A DNA stretch of 64,000 nt, taken from assembly GCA_026391215.1 (NCBI GenBank), contig JAPLDX010000056.1, positions 1 to 64,000 of the forward strand, given 5' to 3'. Each line of letters starts with the position of its first letter. Within the stretch, counting starts at the first letter, position 1. Positions 41,538-52,028 of the stretch are shown in pieces. This stretch comes from Bacteroidia bacterium. Lineage in GTDB: Bacteria; Bacteroidota; Bacteroidia; Bacteroidales; VadinHA17. The translations under genes were made by a program, and so were the position numbers. A model generated the notes under the pieces. It did not search any database and was not told the origin of the DNA. It worked only from the letters and a program-made list of their open reading frames with translations.

Positions 41538-44047
41538 TGAACCATCTTATCAGAACAATCCTATTTCTGACTTTCTTAATTAACTTTTTTTCTCCTCTCC
41601 TGCCACAGGAACCTGATAAGAAAGATTTTATCAGGACAGTCCAGGATGCTGATATCTATTATTATTATGATGAGGACTATGAAAAAGCGGCAAGCTTATA
41701 TGAGCCGCTTTTGAAATCAAATCCTGAAAACTGCAATATTGCTGGCAAGCTCGGGATATGCTATCTTAACATGGATGGTAAAAAAAAGGAGGCACTCAGG
41801 CTCCTTAGAATAGCTTCTGCAAATGTTGTGACAAATGACAAGGAATACGTTGAGTATGGAGAGAAAGCTCCCATGGATACTTACCTTTATCTTGCAATAG
41901 CGTATCATGTAAACGACAGCCTTGAAAAAGCCATCTCTCTTTACAATGATGTTAAGAATAGGCTTGGCGATCAGGATGTTTTCAGGGTCGATTTTATTGA
42001 CAATCAGATAAGGGATTGCAGGTATGCAATAGAAATGAAAAAGAAACCCCTTACTATTGTTTCCGAACTGCTGGTACCATGGCTGAAGGATTACCCCGGA
42101 GCTTGCAATCCGGTAATTTCAAAGAATGACTCTGTCTTTATTTTTACCCAGAAAAGAGAAGGCAGTACCCGCATCTTATGCTCTTATTATAATGACGGAT
42201 GGAAAAATCCGGTTGACATTACCCGGCAGCTTGGCGGGTATGACAGATTTTATTCAAATTCAATTACGGGCAACGGGAAAATCCTGGTATTGTACCTGGA
42301 TGACGGAGGAGATGGAAATCTTTACTTAAGTGAAAGAAAAGACAGTACCTGGACGAAAATAAAGAGCCCTGGTAAAAACATTAATTCAATCTACTGGGAA
42401 ACGCACGGCTTTATAACTCCTGACGGGAATATTTTATACTTTTCAAGCAACAGGCCGGGAGGAATGGGTGAACTGGATATATGGGTCTCGGAAAGGAATG
42501 AAGACGGAACCTGGAAGAACCCTGTTAATTGCGGTGATGTAATCAATACAGCATTTAATGAGGATACCCCATTTTTTGATCCCGCCACCAATGCTTTAAT
42601 ATACAGCTCTTCAGGGCACATCAGCATGGGAGGGTATGATGTTTTCAGATCTATCTCCAGGAATTCAGGATGGACAAATCCGGTCGGAATGCCCTTCGCT
42701 TATAATACCACCGGGGAGAATACATTTTTCATCCTTAATAATAATGCCCCTGGATTTATTGCCAGTCTTTATGATGACAAAATAGAATCAAGGAATATCT
42801 ATGCGATTGTTGCAATTGACCCTGCAGACGAGATTACAACAACTGAAGGAGTAATTACCCTTCAGGACGGTATGAATGTTGATCCTGCAAAAACGTCAAT
42901 TAGACTGACTGAGGCAAAAAAAGGCTCACTGGTCAAGACAGTTAATGTTAATGGTGATGGAAAGTTCCGATTTGATATTACACCTGGTGATTATCAGCTT
43001 TTTGTGAGCCATACAGGTTATAAGACGGATACTATCAACCTCAATCTGCCTCTGTATTTCCTTAGCCACTACATGGCTGTGAATCCTACCCTGGTACCCG
43101 AGAAAGTATCGGCCGGCGATTTCCTTGCTATTAAAAATATACTGTTCGCCTTTGATAGCTATGAGCTTGATCCTCAAGCAATATCGGCGCTTGAAACCCT
43201 TAAATCAATACTGATAAGTTATCCTGAACTTACAATAGAGGTTGACGGTTTCACCGATGCAAAGGGAAATTCTGAATATAATATGGCACTTTCAGATAAA
43301 AGAGCACAGACAGTTATTGACTACCTGACATCAATGGCTATTCCTGCTTCCAGGTTTGTAAAAAGAGTATTCGGTGAATCAGATTTTGTTGCTGTAAATG
43401 TAAACCGTGACGGATCAGATAACCCTGAAGGAAGGAAATACAACAGGAGAGCCTCCTTCGGTATTGTCGATCCTCATACCGGAGTAGTATTACGGCAGGA
43501 TACATATACTCCTGAACATTTGAGACTTGCATCTTCAATGAAGTACAGTATTGTTCTAGAGAAAACAATTGAGAAGCTGCCTATTTCTTCGTTTAAGAAT
43601 CTGAATCTCAGTGGAATACTATTCGTAAGATCAATAGAATCAGATTCCATATCCATATATGCTCTGGGGATATTCTATAACAAACCTGATGCTATTAAGT
43701 ATCTTGGTTATATAAAGGGCATGGGATATACTGAAGCTTATATCGTTAATCAGTATAATCTTAATAATGAAACCAGATCGCTTAAAAGAGTTGCTCCCAT
43801 GGTCATGCAAACCGGAGGAAAGAGAATCTACACTGTACAGTTGAAAGCTTCTAAATTGCCCTTAAACATGGAACAGTTCAGCGCCATAAAAGATGTCAGG
43901 GAAATATTTGGAGATGATGCCTATTACAGGTATATAGTTGGCGAGTACAGCGAACTTGCAAAGGCTCAGGAAGCTGTTGTCCAGATACATGAATCCGGTT
44001 TTAAGGATGCTTTTGTCAGGGAGCTTAACGTGATGGTGACAAAATAA
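41537..44047 (+). CDS. TPR + PD40 + beta-sandwich + OmpA-like PG-binding domain + two SPOR-like domains (PorE-like)
   Basis: ATG overlaps previous stop (TAATG); NILF.FDS..L, G.TD.KG..EYN..LS.KRA, GE, NRR; YSIVL..GY.EAYIV and YTVQL..GFKDAFVR. Confidence 0.85.
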   Translation: MNHLIRTILFLTFLINFFSPLLPQEPDKKDFIRTVQDADIYYYYDEDYEKAASLYEPLLKSNPENCNIAGKLGICYLNMDGKKKEALRLLRIASANVVTNDKEYVEYGEKAPMDTYLYLAIAYHVNDSLEKAISLYNDVKNRLGDQDVFRVDFIDNQIRDCRYAIEMKKKPLTIVSELLVPWLKDYPGACNPVISKNDSVFIFTQKREGSTRILCSYYNDGWKNPVDITRQLGGYDRFYSNSITGNGKILVLYLDDGGDGNLYLSERKDSTWTKIKSPGKNINSIYWETHGFITPDGNILYFSSNRPGGMGELDIWVSERNEDGTWKNPVNCGDVINTAFNEDTPFFDPATNALIYSSSGHISMGGYDVFRSISRNSGWTNPVGMPFAYNTTGENTFFILNNNAPGFIASLYDDKIESRNIYAIVAIDPADEITTTEGVITLQDGMNVDPAKTSIRLTEAKKGSLVKTVNVNGDGKFRFDITPGDYQLFVSHTGYKTDTINLNLPLYFLSHYMAVNPTLVPEKVSAGDFLAIKNILFAFDSYELDPQAISALETLKSILISYPELTIEVDGFTDAKGNSEYNMALSDKRAQTVIDYLTSMAIPASRFVKRVFGESDFVAVNVNRDGSDNPEGRKYNRRASFGIVDPHTGVVLRQDTYTPEHLRLASSMKYSIVLEKTIEKLPISSFKNLNLSGILFVRSIESDSISIYALGIFYNKPDAIKYLGYIKGMGYTEAYIVNQYNLNNETRSLKRVAPMVMQTGGKRIYTVQLKASKLPLNMEQFSAIKDVREIFGDDAYYRYIVGEYSELAKAQEAVVQIHESGFKDAFVRELNVMVTK

Positions 44048-44065
44048 CATAATCAGAGACTATTC

Positions 44066-44593
44066 ATGAAGCATGATAAAATAAAGCTTAGAGCCCTCGA
44101 ACCAGAAGATCTGGGATTGCTGTATGAATGGGAGAATAACAGTAAATACTGGACAATAAGCAATACAGTTACTCCATTCTCAAAATATACTCTAAAGAGA
44201 TATATGGAAAATTCTCATAAGAGTATTTATGAAACAGGTCAGCTTCGTTTGATGATAGAAATTATTTCTGAAAAGAAAACTATAGGCACTATAGATATTT
44301 TTGATTTTGACCCTTTTCATAAAAGGGCAGGTCTCGGTATCCTGATCGCTGATGAGGATCAAAGGAGAAAAGGTTATGCATCTATGGCATTAAAAATCCT
44401 CATAGAATATTGCTTTAATACCCTTCAGCTTCACCAGTTATACTGCAATATTCTGGTCAATAATTGCGAAAGCATGGACCTTTTCAGAAAACAGGGATTT
44501 GTTCAGACAGGAATTAAAAAGGAATGGATCAAAACATCAAACGGCTACCTGGATGAATGTTTTTTCCAATTGATAAATGAAAACAAATCCTAA
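44066..44593 (+). CDS. GNAT N-acetyltransferase (RimL/SpeG-like)
   Basis: LRALEPEDL..LY.WEN, QRRKGYA, LHQLYC. Confidence 0.88.
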   Translation: MKHDKIKLRALEPEDLGLLYEWENNSKYWTISNTVTPFSKYTLKRYMENSHKSIYETGQLRLMIEIISEKKTIGTIDIFDFDPFHKRAGLGILIADEDQRRKGYASMALKILIEYCFNTLQLHQLYCNILVNNCESMDLFRKQGFVQTGIKKEWIKTSNGYLDECFFQLINENKS

Positions 44594-44604
44594 ATAATAA
44601 ATTA

Positions 44605-46266
44605 TTATTTAGCCTGAGCTCTTGTATCCCTATATTCTCCCTTAAAGTAGTTGATCCCGATTGCATCATACCTCTTTTTCTGAGCCTCAAATCGGGCAAG
44701 AAAATCTTCGAAATCCTTTAGCCTGTCAGGAGCCCAACCAATTTCGGCAATGGCAAACATTCTCGGGTAGGCCATGTACTCCATATAAACGGGAGTGCTC
44801 AGGTATTCCGACCACAGATTACCCTGAACTCCAAGAATATACTTTTGTTCCTCTTGAGAAAGCTCCCCCGGCATGGGATTATATGAATAGACCTTCTCAA
44901 GGGGAAGATAACCTCCTATCGCAAGGGGTTCTCCCTGAGGCTCGCACTGGTAATAATCGATATAAACATATGTAGATGGCGTCATGATCACATCATGTTT
45001 TTGTCGTGCTGCTGCAATGCCTCCCGTGGTTCCCCTCCATGACATTACAGTTGCCTCCGGGGCCAATCCTCCCTCAAGGATTTCATCCCACCCTATTATC
45101 CTGCGTCCTTTTGAAGCAACAAACTTTTCAATCCTTTGTACAAAATAGCTCTGAAGCTCACTTTCATTCTTTAATCCCTCATCCTTTATTCTTTTCTGGC
45201 AAAGAGGACATTTTTCCCAACGGGTCTTTGGACATTCGTCACCTCCGATATGAATATATTCCGATGGGAAGAGTTCAATAACTTCAGTAAGAACATCCTG
45301 CAAAAAATTGAATGTCTCCTCTTTTCCTGCACAGTACACATCATCAAAGACACCCCATCTGGTCTGGACTTCATAGGGCCCCTTTGTACAGCCCAGATTG
45401 GGATATGATGCAAGAGCTGCCATAGCATGCCCAGGCATTTCTATCTCAGGTATCACTGTAATGAATTTCGATGCAGCATATGCTATAATTTCCTTAACCT
45501 CATCCTGTGTATAAAATCCGCCGTAAGGTTTTCCGTCATAAGTAAAAGGCTTTTTACCACCATGACCGATAAGCGTCTCCTTGCGGAAAGCTCCGGTTTC
45601 AGTGAGATTGGGGTATTTCTTTATTTCGATCCTCCATCCCTGATCTTCAGTGAGATGCCAGTGAAATGTATTCATCTTGTGGAGAGCAATCATGTCGATA
45701 TACCTTTTTATATATGCTACCGGGAACATATGACGCCCAACATCAAGATGCATGCCCCTGTAACCAAATCTGGGTTCATCCTTTATTGCACAGGCGGGGA
45801 CAGAAAGGACCAATCCCTCAACTACTAATGGACTTTCAACCTCAACCGGCATCAGCTGCCTTATTGTCTGAACTGCATAAAACAGTCCGACAGCAGATTT
45901 TGCCCTGACCACAATCTTTTTAGGTGTCACTGTCAACTCATATCCTTCATCATTATTAATTGCAGAATCGAGGGTCATAAAAACCGAACCTTTTACGGGC
46001 TTGCTCCCTTCCTCAACTGACAGGTCAATTCCTGTTGGATTTCTAACAAAATCAGCCAGACAATCAGCAGCAAGCCTGGTCTCACTATCAAGAACCGAAA
46101 GGATGATTTTGCTTTTCCCGGAAAAAATAAAATCTCCGTTCATCTCAGTAATGGAAACGGGCGCCGGAATAATGGCAAGAGCTTTTCCGGTAAACGGCGC
46201 ATTTCCTGATTTGCATCCTCCGATCATTAATATAAGCCCCATAATGAAATAAAGTGTCTTTTTCAT
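44605..46266 (-). CDS. Beta-N-acetylhexosaminidase (GH20) lipoprotein
   Basis: Lipobox IGGC from ATG 46266; RG.HLDV.RH, HWHLTEDQGWR, PEIEMPGH, HIGGDE, YPR. Confidence 0.95.
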   Translation of the reverse strand: MKKTLYFIMGLILMIGGCKSGNAPFTGKALAIIPAPVSITEMNGDFIFSGKSKIILSVLDSETRLAADCLADFVRNPTGIDLSVEEGSKPVKGSVFMTLDSAINNDEGYELTVTPKKIVVRAKSAVGLFYAVQTIRQLMPVEVESPLVVEGLVLSVPACAIKDEPRFGYRGMHLDVGRHMFPVAYIKRYIDMIALHKMNTFHWHLTEDQGWRIEIKKYPNLTETGAFRKETLIGHGGKKPFTYDGKPYGGFYTQDEVKEIIAYAASKFITVIPEIEMPGHAMAALASYPNLGCTKGPYEVQTRWGVFDDVYCAGKEETFNFLQDVLTEVIELFPSEYIHIGGDECPKTRWEKCPLCQKRIKDEGLKNESELQSYFVQRIEKFVASKGRRIIGWDEILEGGLAPEATVMSWRGTTGGIAAARQKHDVIMTPSTYVYIDYYQCEPQGEPLAIGGYLPLEKVYSYNPMPGELSQEEQKYILGVQGNLWSEYLSTPVYMEYMAYPRMFAIAEIGWAPDRLKDFEDFLARFEAQKKRYDAIGINYFKGEYRDTRAQAK

Positions 46267-46342
46267 GAATATCAGTTTTTGATGAATAAGTGTTTTAAAG
46301 TTAATAAACATTTTCATCATCTCCATGCCGATTGCATATCAG

Positions 46343-47359
46343 CTACTTCAGCCCTGATGCAAGAAGTCCGCACGCAGCTGAAATATCAGTTCCCCTTGAT
46401 CTTCTGATTGATGCTGATATTCCCGAGATTACCAGCTCATGCTTAAAAAATAGCATCCTGTCGTCTGAAGACGAAGAGTTATTATCATCATTTACAGGAT
46501 GATATGGCATCAGGTTGACCCTGATACCCGATCCTCCCAGAATTTTTCTTAATCCTTCCAGATGTCTGACCGTATCATTGATATCATTTATCATCACATA
46601 TGCTACGCTGAATCGCCTTTTCTTCTTCACTGTAAAATCCTTCATTATCCTTATGATCTCATGAACAGGGTATGAGGATTCAGCCGGGACAATTCTGATC
46701 CTTTCCTCTTCAAAAGGAGAATAGAGACTAATCGTAAGGTTGCATTCCGATCTGTTCAGAAATTCTTTGATCGCGGGAGTGATCCCTACTGATGAGACCG
46801 TAATATTGCGGGGGCTAAATGACATGCCCCATTCGGATGTCATTATCTTGCAGGCCTTAAGGACATTCTCAAGGTTATCCATCGGTTCCCCCATTCCCAT
46901 AAAAACAACATGGGTTACATTGCCGGCATCAGGAATACTGAGCACCTGATTTACAATATCTCCCGAAGAGAGGTTCCCATGAAAACCATATTTTGCAGTA
47001 ACACAAAAAGGGCACCCCATCCTGCAACCTGATTGTGTTGATATACAGATAGTTCTTCTCTTAACATCAGGGATCCAGACTGATTCAAATTTCTTTCCCT
47101 CAGGAGAAATGAAAAGATATTTTATTGATTTGTCAGCAGATACTTCAGATGTTGCAGGACCGTAGAATCCTGTCACAGCAATATCATCCAGGTAAACCTT
47201 GAGGCTTTTTGGTACCCCTCCTATTTGAGAAACATCAGCAATACGTTTCTTATATATGCTCGTGGCCACTTTAACAGCCTGGTTGTAATTATATCCTTCA
47301 GCTTGTACTAGCCCGTATATCTCATCAGGAGTCAGTCCGCAAAGGTTTTCTTTAATCAT
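46343..47359 (-). CDS. rlmN: 23S rRNA/tRNA m2A methyltransferase (radical SAM)
   Basis: CISTQSGCRMGCPFC, FMGMGEP, ITVSS.G, RG.DI.AACG.L. Confidence 0.88.
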   Translation of the reverse strand: MIKENLCGLTPDEIYGLVQAEGYNYNQAVKVATSIYKKRIADVSQIGGVPKSLKVYLDDIAVTGFYGPATSEVSADKSIKYLFISPEGKKFESVWIPDVKRRTICISTQSGCRMGCPFCVTAKYGFHGNLSSGDIVNQVLSIPDAGNVTHVVFMGMGEPMDNLENVLKACKIMTSEWGMSFSPRNITVSSVGITPAIKEFLNRSECNLTISLYSPFEEERIRIVPAESSYPVHEIIRIMKDFTVKKKRRFSVAYVMINDINDTVRHLEGLRKILGGSGIRVNLMPYHPVNDDNNSSSSDDRMLFFKHELVISGISASIRRSRGTDISAACGLLASGLK

Positions 47360-47449
47360 AATAAGTATCTGAATACAAAAATAACCCGATTATCAATATC
47401 TTAGTATCTGGTTTTATTATTTACAAGCGAAGTAATATCATCATCAGAA

Positions 47450-48529
47450 ATGCAAAGCTGGGATTCTCTTTATATATACTATCTTTCAGGAACCGGAAAC
47501 ACCCGCATCTCCTCACAATGGATTGCAGAGGAGGCTGGAAAGAGAGGTCTCAGGACAGTTGTACAGCAGATTGACCGGCTGGAGAATATTGTCATGCCGT
47601 CACCTGACGAAAAGCCTTTAATAGGTTTTGCATTCCCGACCCATGGATTTAATGCAGCTCCGATAATGCTTAAATTCATGGCAGGATTTCCTCCTCACCT
47701 TTGTAGTAAGATATTCCTCCTGAATACCCGCGGGTGCCTCAAACTCTACAAAATATTCGTACCGGGATTTAGTGGATTGGCACTTATATTACCGGCTTTC
47801 ATGCTCTGGATGAAGGGGTATAAGTGCATTGGGATCAGATCTATAGACATGCCATCCAACTGGATGCCCCTTCATCCCGGGCTCAGGGAAAAAGTTATTG
47901 AATCAATTATTCACAAGGCGGAGCCGATTATCAGAATATATGCAAATAAAATACTCTCGGGGCAAAAGGTCTGGAGAGGCCTCTACAGTCTTCCTGCTGA
48001 TCTCCTGATCAGCCCGATTTCTGTAGCATATTATATCGGAGGGAGATTCTTCCTCTCTAAGACATTCATTGCAAATAACAAATGCAATAATTGCATGATA
48101 TGCATTAAGGAGTGCCCGACAGCTTCGATAAAATTAGTAGGGAACAGGCCTTACTGGAAGCTTACCTGTGAAAGCTGCATGAGATGTCTTAATCATTGCC
48201 CGCTGAAAGCTATTGAAGCTGCTCACGGCATGGCAACTGCTTTTATGATAATCATGAGCGCAGTAAATACATGGCTGATATTATTTATGGTACAAGCCCT
48301 CAATATTGAGCCTGAAGCATGGTGGTGGAAAATACTCACGCAATTTATTTCAATAGCAGTAATGATATCAGTAGCAGCGGTCCTGTATCTGATAATGCAC
48401 TATGCAATGGGATTCAAGCCTATAAATTATCTTGTAAGGTTCACATCTCTTACAACACTGCCTTTCTGGAGAAGATATAAATTTCTCAAGAAGAGAAAGG
48501 AAAATACTACAGTACCATGTGAAAAATAA
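47450..48529 (+). CDS. EFR1-type flavodoxin-like/ferredoxin protein with hydrophobic segments
   Basis: YLSGTGNT, FP, MPSNW, CNNCMICIKECP and CESCMRCLNHCP; two C-terminal TM-like helices. Confidence 0.82.
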   Translation: MQSWDSLYIYYLSGTGNTRISSQWIAEEAGKRGLRTVVQQIDRLENIVMPSPDEKPLIGFAFPTHGFNAAPIMLKFMAGFPPHLCSKIFLLNTRGCLKLYKIFVPGFSGLALILPAFMLWMKGYKCIGIRSIDMPSNWMPLHPGLREKVIESIIHKAEPIIRIYANKILSGQKVWRGLYSLPADLLISPISVAYYIGGRFFLSKTFIANNKCNNCMICIKECPTASIKLVGNRPYWKLTCESCMRCLNHCPLKAIEAAHGMATAFMIIMSAVNTWLILFMVQALNIEPEAWWWKILTQFISIAVMISVAAVLYLIMHYAMGFKPINYLVRFTSLTTLPFWRRYKFLKKRKENTTVPCEK

Positions 48530-48546
48530 TTCAAAACTTAAATAAA

Positions 48547-49788
48547 ATGAACCGGATAACAATTTTACTAATATTTTCTCTTCTTGTGATTGCCTGCGGC
48601 AGCAGGGATAAAGGAAAAATTGATAAAAACTTAAATACCATGATAACAGACAGCACAAAGCAATACGGTTATAACAGGGATTTCCTGAAGAAACATGTAA
48701 ATATTATTGAGCTGAAATCCGGCAAATCCGCAATTGTCCTGATACCTGCCTGGCAGGGAAGAGTAATGACAAGCACAGCTGAAGGCGACCATGGCTTCAG
48801 TTTCGGATGGATCAACCGCGATCTGATTGCATCAGGGAATATACAGCCTCACATCAATGCTTTTGGCGGAGAAGAGAGATTATGGCTTGGGCCTGAGGGG
48901 GGACAGTTTTCCCTGTTTTTTAAAAAAGGGACCCGGTTTGTCTACGATGACTGGCAAACCCCAGCTTATATGGATACAGATCCGTTTGAAATTATGAGCC
49001 AGACAGATTCTTCAGCATTGTTCGCCTGTTCTGTTGGAACAGAGAATTATGGCGGAACTCAGCTTAAATTCAGGATTGAAAGAAATGTCATTATTCTTTC
49101 AGCAGAAGAGATCATGAAACAAACAGGAATTGACATAACCGGGATTAATGGTGTTGCCTACAGGTCAGACAATAAAATAACAAATACAGGAGATAATGAG
49201 TGGATAAAGCAAACCGGCCTTATATCTGTCTGGATGCTTGGGATGTTTAATCCCTCGCCTGCTGTTGTGGTTGTTATCCCAAATAAACCCGGAAATGAAG
49301 AGATAATGGGACCTCTGGTCAATGATGATTATTTCGGGAAGATCTCAGCAGACCGGCTTAAGGTCTCAGAAAATCATATTTATTTCAGAGCCGACGGCAA
49401 GAGCAGGGGAAAAATAGGGCTTCCTCCGCTAAGAGCAACAGGAACTATGGGCAGCTTTGATTCCGATAACAATATTCTTACCCTGCTTATCTGCAGGATG
49501 CCTGAAGGGAAAACAGAATATGTCAATTCAGCATGGCAGATACAGGATGATCCTTATTCAGGAGATGCGCTTAACTCGTATAATGATGGCCCTCTTGAAG
49601 ATGGTTCACAGATGGGACCATTCTATGAACTGGAAACCTCCTCCCCTGCGGCAGCCCTGAAGGCAGGTGAAGAACTCACTCATGTCCAATATACTTTACA
49701 TCTGACCGGCGACAGAAGAATCCTTGACAATATATCCCAAAAGATATTAGGAGTTTCTCTGGATGAAATAGAGAATTCGTTCAATTAG
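48547..49788 (+). CDS. Conserved lipoprotein (DUF6786-like)
   Basis: Lipobox VIAC; QGRVMTS, FGGE.R.WLGPEGGQ, NSYNDG, GPFYELETSSPA. Confidence 0.7.
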   Translation: MNRITILLIFSLLVIACGSRDKGKIDKNLNTMITDSTKQYGYNRDFLKKHVNIIELKSGKSAIVLIPAWQGRVMTSTAEGDHGFSFGWINRDLIASGNIQPHINAFGGEERLWLGPEGGQFSLFFKKGTRFVYDDWQTPAYMDTDPFEIMSQTDSSALFACSVGTENYGGTQLKFRIERNVIILSAEEIMKQTGIDITGINGVAYRSDNKITNTGDNEWIKQTGLISVWMLGMFNPSPAVVVVIPNKPGNEEIMGPLVNDDYFGKISADRLKVSENHIYFRADGKSRGKIGLPPLRATGTMGSFDSDNNILTLLICRMPEGKTEYVNSAWQIQDDPYSGDALNSYNDGPLEDGSQMGPFYELETSSPAAALKAGEELTHVQYTLHLTGDRRILDNISQKILGVSLDEIENSFN

Positions 49789-51889
49789 GCATTAGTCCCT
49801 TGTTCTTGAGCAGCGGCTCAATAACTGGTTCACGCCCTCTGAAATTAACGTACATCTCTATAGGATCCATGATGCCGTTCTTCGCCAGGATATTTGTCCT
49901 GTAGGATTCTGCAGTAGTCTTATCGAAGATCCCCTTTTCCTTGAATGCCTCAAAAGCATCGTTATCAAGGACGGCAGCCCAGGTATAACTATAATAACCG
50001 GAATCATAACCATCCATGATATGAGTGAAATAAGTGCTCCTGTAACGTGAAATTATTTCAGGGATCAATCCGATTTTCGTGAGGTACTCCGTTTCAAACT
50101 TTTGAATATCAACAACAGCCGGGGCTTCAAGGGTATGATAAGCCATATCAAGCATTGAAGCAGCAAGAATCTCAACATTATCAAATCCCTGGTTAAAGTA
50201 ACCGCTATTCCTTATTTTCCTGACAAGAGAAGCAGGTATCACTTCACCTGTCTGATAATGCCTTGCGTAAATGTTCAACATCTCTGGCTCGGTAGCCCAG
50301 TGTTCCATCAGCTGAGACGGAAGTTCGACAAAGTCCCATGCCACGAAAGTCTGGTTGTAGGTATTTCTGTTAAACATGGCATCCAGCGCATGACCGAATT
50401 CATGAAAGAGTGTTGAGACTTCTTCCAGGCTCAGAAGAGATGGTGCATCTCCGCTTTCAGGAGTAAAATTGAAGACTGTCGTTGCAATCGGAGTTATAGT
50501 TTTGCCATCGAGGATATGATGGGTGCGGTATGTTATGCACCAGGCTCCCTGCCGTTTGCTATCTCTCGGGAAGAAATCCATATACAGCACTCCTATATGG
50601 GAGCCGTCAGCATCCTTAACCTCAAAAGCCTGTGCATCAGGATGAGGTAATGGACAATCTGTCAAAGGATTAAAGACAATCCCGAAAAGCTTGTTGGCGC
50701 AGGTAAAAACACCTTCACGCACATTCTCAAGCTTAAAGTAAGGCCTTAACTCAGCATCATTAAGATTATATTTCTGTTTTCTTAGCTTCTCTGCATAGTA
50801 CCACCAGTCTGAAGGTTCGAGCTTGAAATTGCCTCCCTCCTTGTCAATGATTCTCTGCATCTCCTTCAACTCATTTTTTGCAACAGGGACAGCTTTTTCC
50901 CAGAGGTTATTAAGAAGACTATATACATTCTCAGGTACTTTGGCCATTCTTGGTTCGAGTACTGTATGGGAATGCGTTTTATATCCAAGGACCTTTGCCC
51001 TCTCTGCTCTAAGCCTCACAATGTCTGAAAGCAGCTTATTGTTATCAAATTCGTTCCCGTTATTGCATCGGGTTATGTATGCGCTGTACAATTTTTGACG
51101 AAGCTCCCTTATATCTGAATAAGTCAGAAAAGGGAAAATGCTTGGCCGTTGAGTTGTGAAAACAAATAATCCTTCGCTTCCTTCTGCTTTTGCTACTTCT
51201 GCAGCTGCAGACATTACTGATTCTGGTAATCCTGAAAGACCATTACTGTCAACACGAAACCTGATGTTGTTCGTTTCATCCAGGACATTCTGACTGTATT
51301 TTACTGTAAGCACAGAGAGCTCCTGATTAATCTTTTTCAGAGTATCCTGGTCCTGTTTGTTAAGATTTGCCCCATTCCTTACAAATCCTTTATAAAGATT
51401 TTCGAGGATGTACTTCTGTTCTGAATCCAGGTTATATTTTGCCTGATTATCATATACATATTTTACTTTCCTGAAGAGATCAGGATTAAGTCTTATCTCA
51501 TCATTGTAAGCAGATAATTTCGGAGAAATATCAACCTCAATGCTTTGCAGGGAATCACTGGTATTTGCATTAGCCTGACCATAAAATACCTGTGATACAG
51601 TTGTAAGGAGTTCACCGGTTTTATCCAGGGCTTCAATTGTATTTGAGAATGTCGGTTCTTCCTTATTGTTTATGATTTTTTCAATCTCTATTCTTCCTTC
51701 TGTCATCCCTTTTTCAAAAGCCGGTATATAATGCCTGGCCATTATTCTTTCAAAGGGCGGAATATTATAAGGAGTATTGAACTCGCTGAAGAACGGGTTG
51801 GTTTTATCAACCTCAGGTTCATTTTTACATGAAGATATTGCCATTACAAATAAAGCTGTGATAATGAATAATTTAACAAATTTTTTCAC
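49781..51889 (-). CDS. dcp: M3 family peptidyl-dipeptidase lipoprotein
   Basis: Lipobox ISSC; R..KRQGAW, TLFHEFGHAL, DFVELPSQ.ME.W, YYSY.WA. Confidence 0.9.
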   Translation of the reverse strand: MKKFVKLFIITALFVMAISSCKNEPEVDKTNPFFSEFNTPYNIPPFERIMARHYIPAFEKGMTEGRIEIEKIINNKEEPTFSNTIEALDKTGELLTTVSQVFYGQANANTSDSLQSIEVDISPKLSAYNDEIRLNPDLFRKVKYVYDNQAKYNLDSEQKYILENLYKGFVRNGANLNKQDQDTLKKINQELSVLTVKYSQNVLDETNNIRFRVDSNGLSGLPESVMSAAAEVAKAEGSEGLFVFTTQRPSIFPFLTYSDIRELRQKLYSAYITRCNNGNEFDNNKLLSDIVRLRAERAKVLGYKTHSHTVLEPRMAKVPENVYSLLNNLWEKAVPVAKNELKEMQRIIDKEGGNFKLEPSDWWYYAEKLRKQKYNLNDAELRPYFKLENVREGVFTCANKLFGIVFNPLTDCPLPHPDAQAFEVKDADGSHIGVLYMDFFPRDSKRQGAWCITYRTHHILDGKTITPIATTVFNFTPESGDAPSLLSLEEVSTLFHEFGHALDAMFNRNTYNQTFVAWDFVELPSQLMEHWATEPEMLNIYARHYQTGEVIPASLVRKIRNSGYFNQGFDNVEILAASMLDMAYHTLEAPAVVDIQKFETEYLTKIGLIPEIISRYRSTYFTHIMDGYDSGYYSYTWAAVLDNDAFEAFKEKGIFDKTTAESYRTNILAKNGIMDPIEMYVNFRGREPVIEPLLKNKGLMPN

Positions 51890-52028
51890 GGTAAATGATT
51901 TTCGTTTAGAAATGGGGAAGTTGATTTTTCTACTAAGGTAGAATTTTCTCTATAAATTTCTGTAAGCAAAAAAGAAATTTAGTATATTAGCATGTGCTAC
52001 ATTTTTAAAGGAATAAATATTTACTTAA

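Noticed and set aside
46343-47359. Possible Cfr-type resistance methyltransferase
   Set aside because: MGMGEP motif matches RlmN rather than Cfr (MGMGEA); no mobile context
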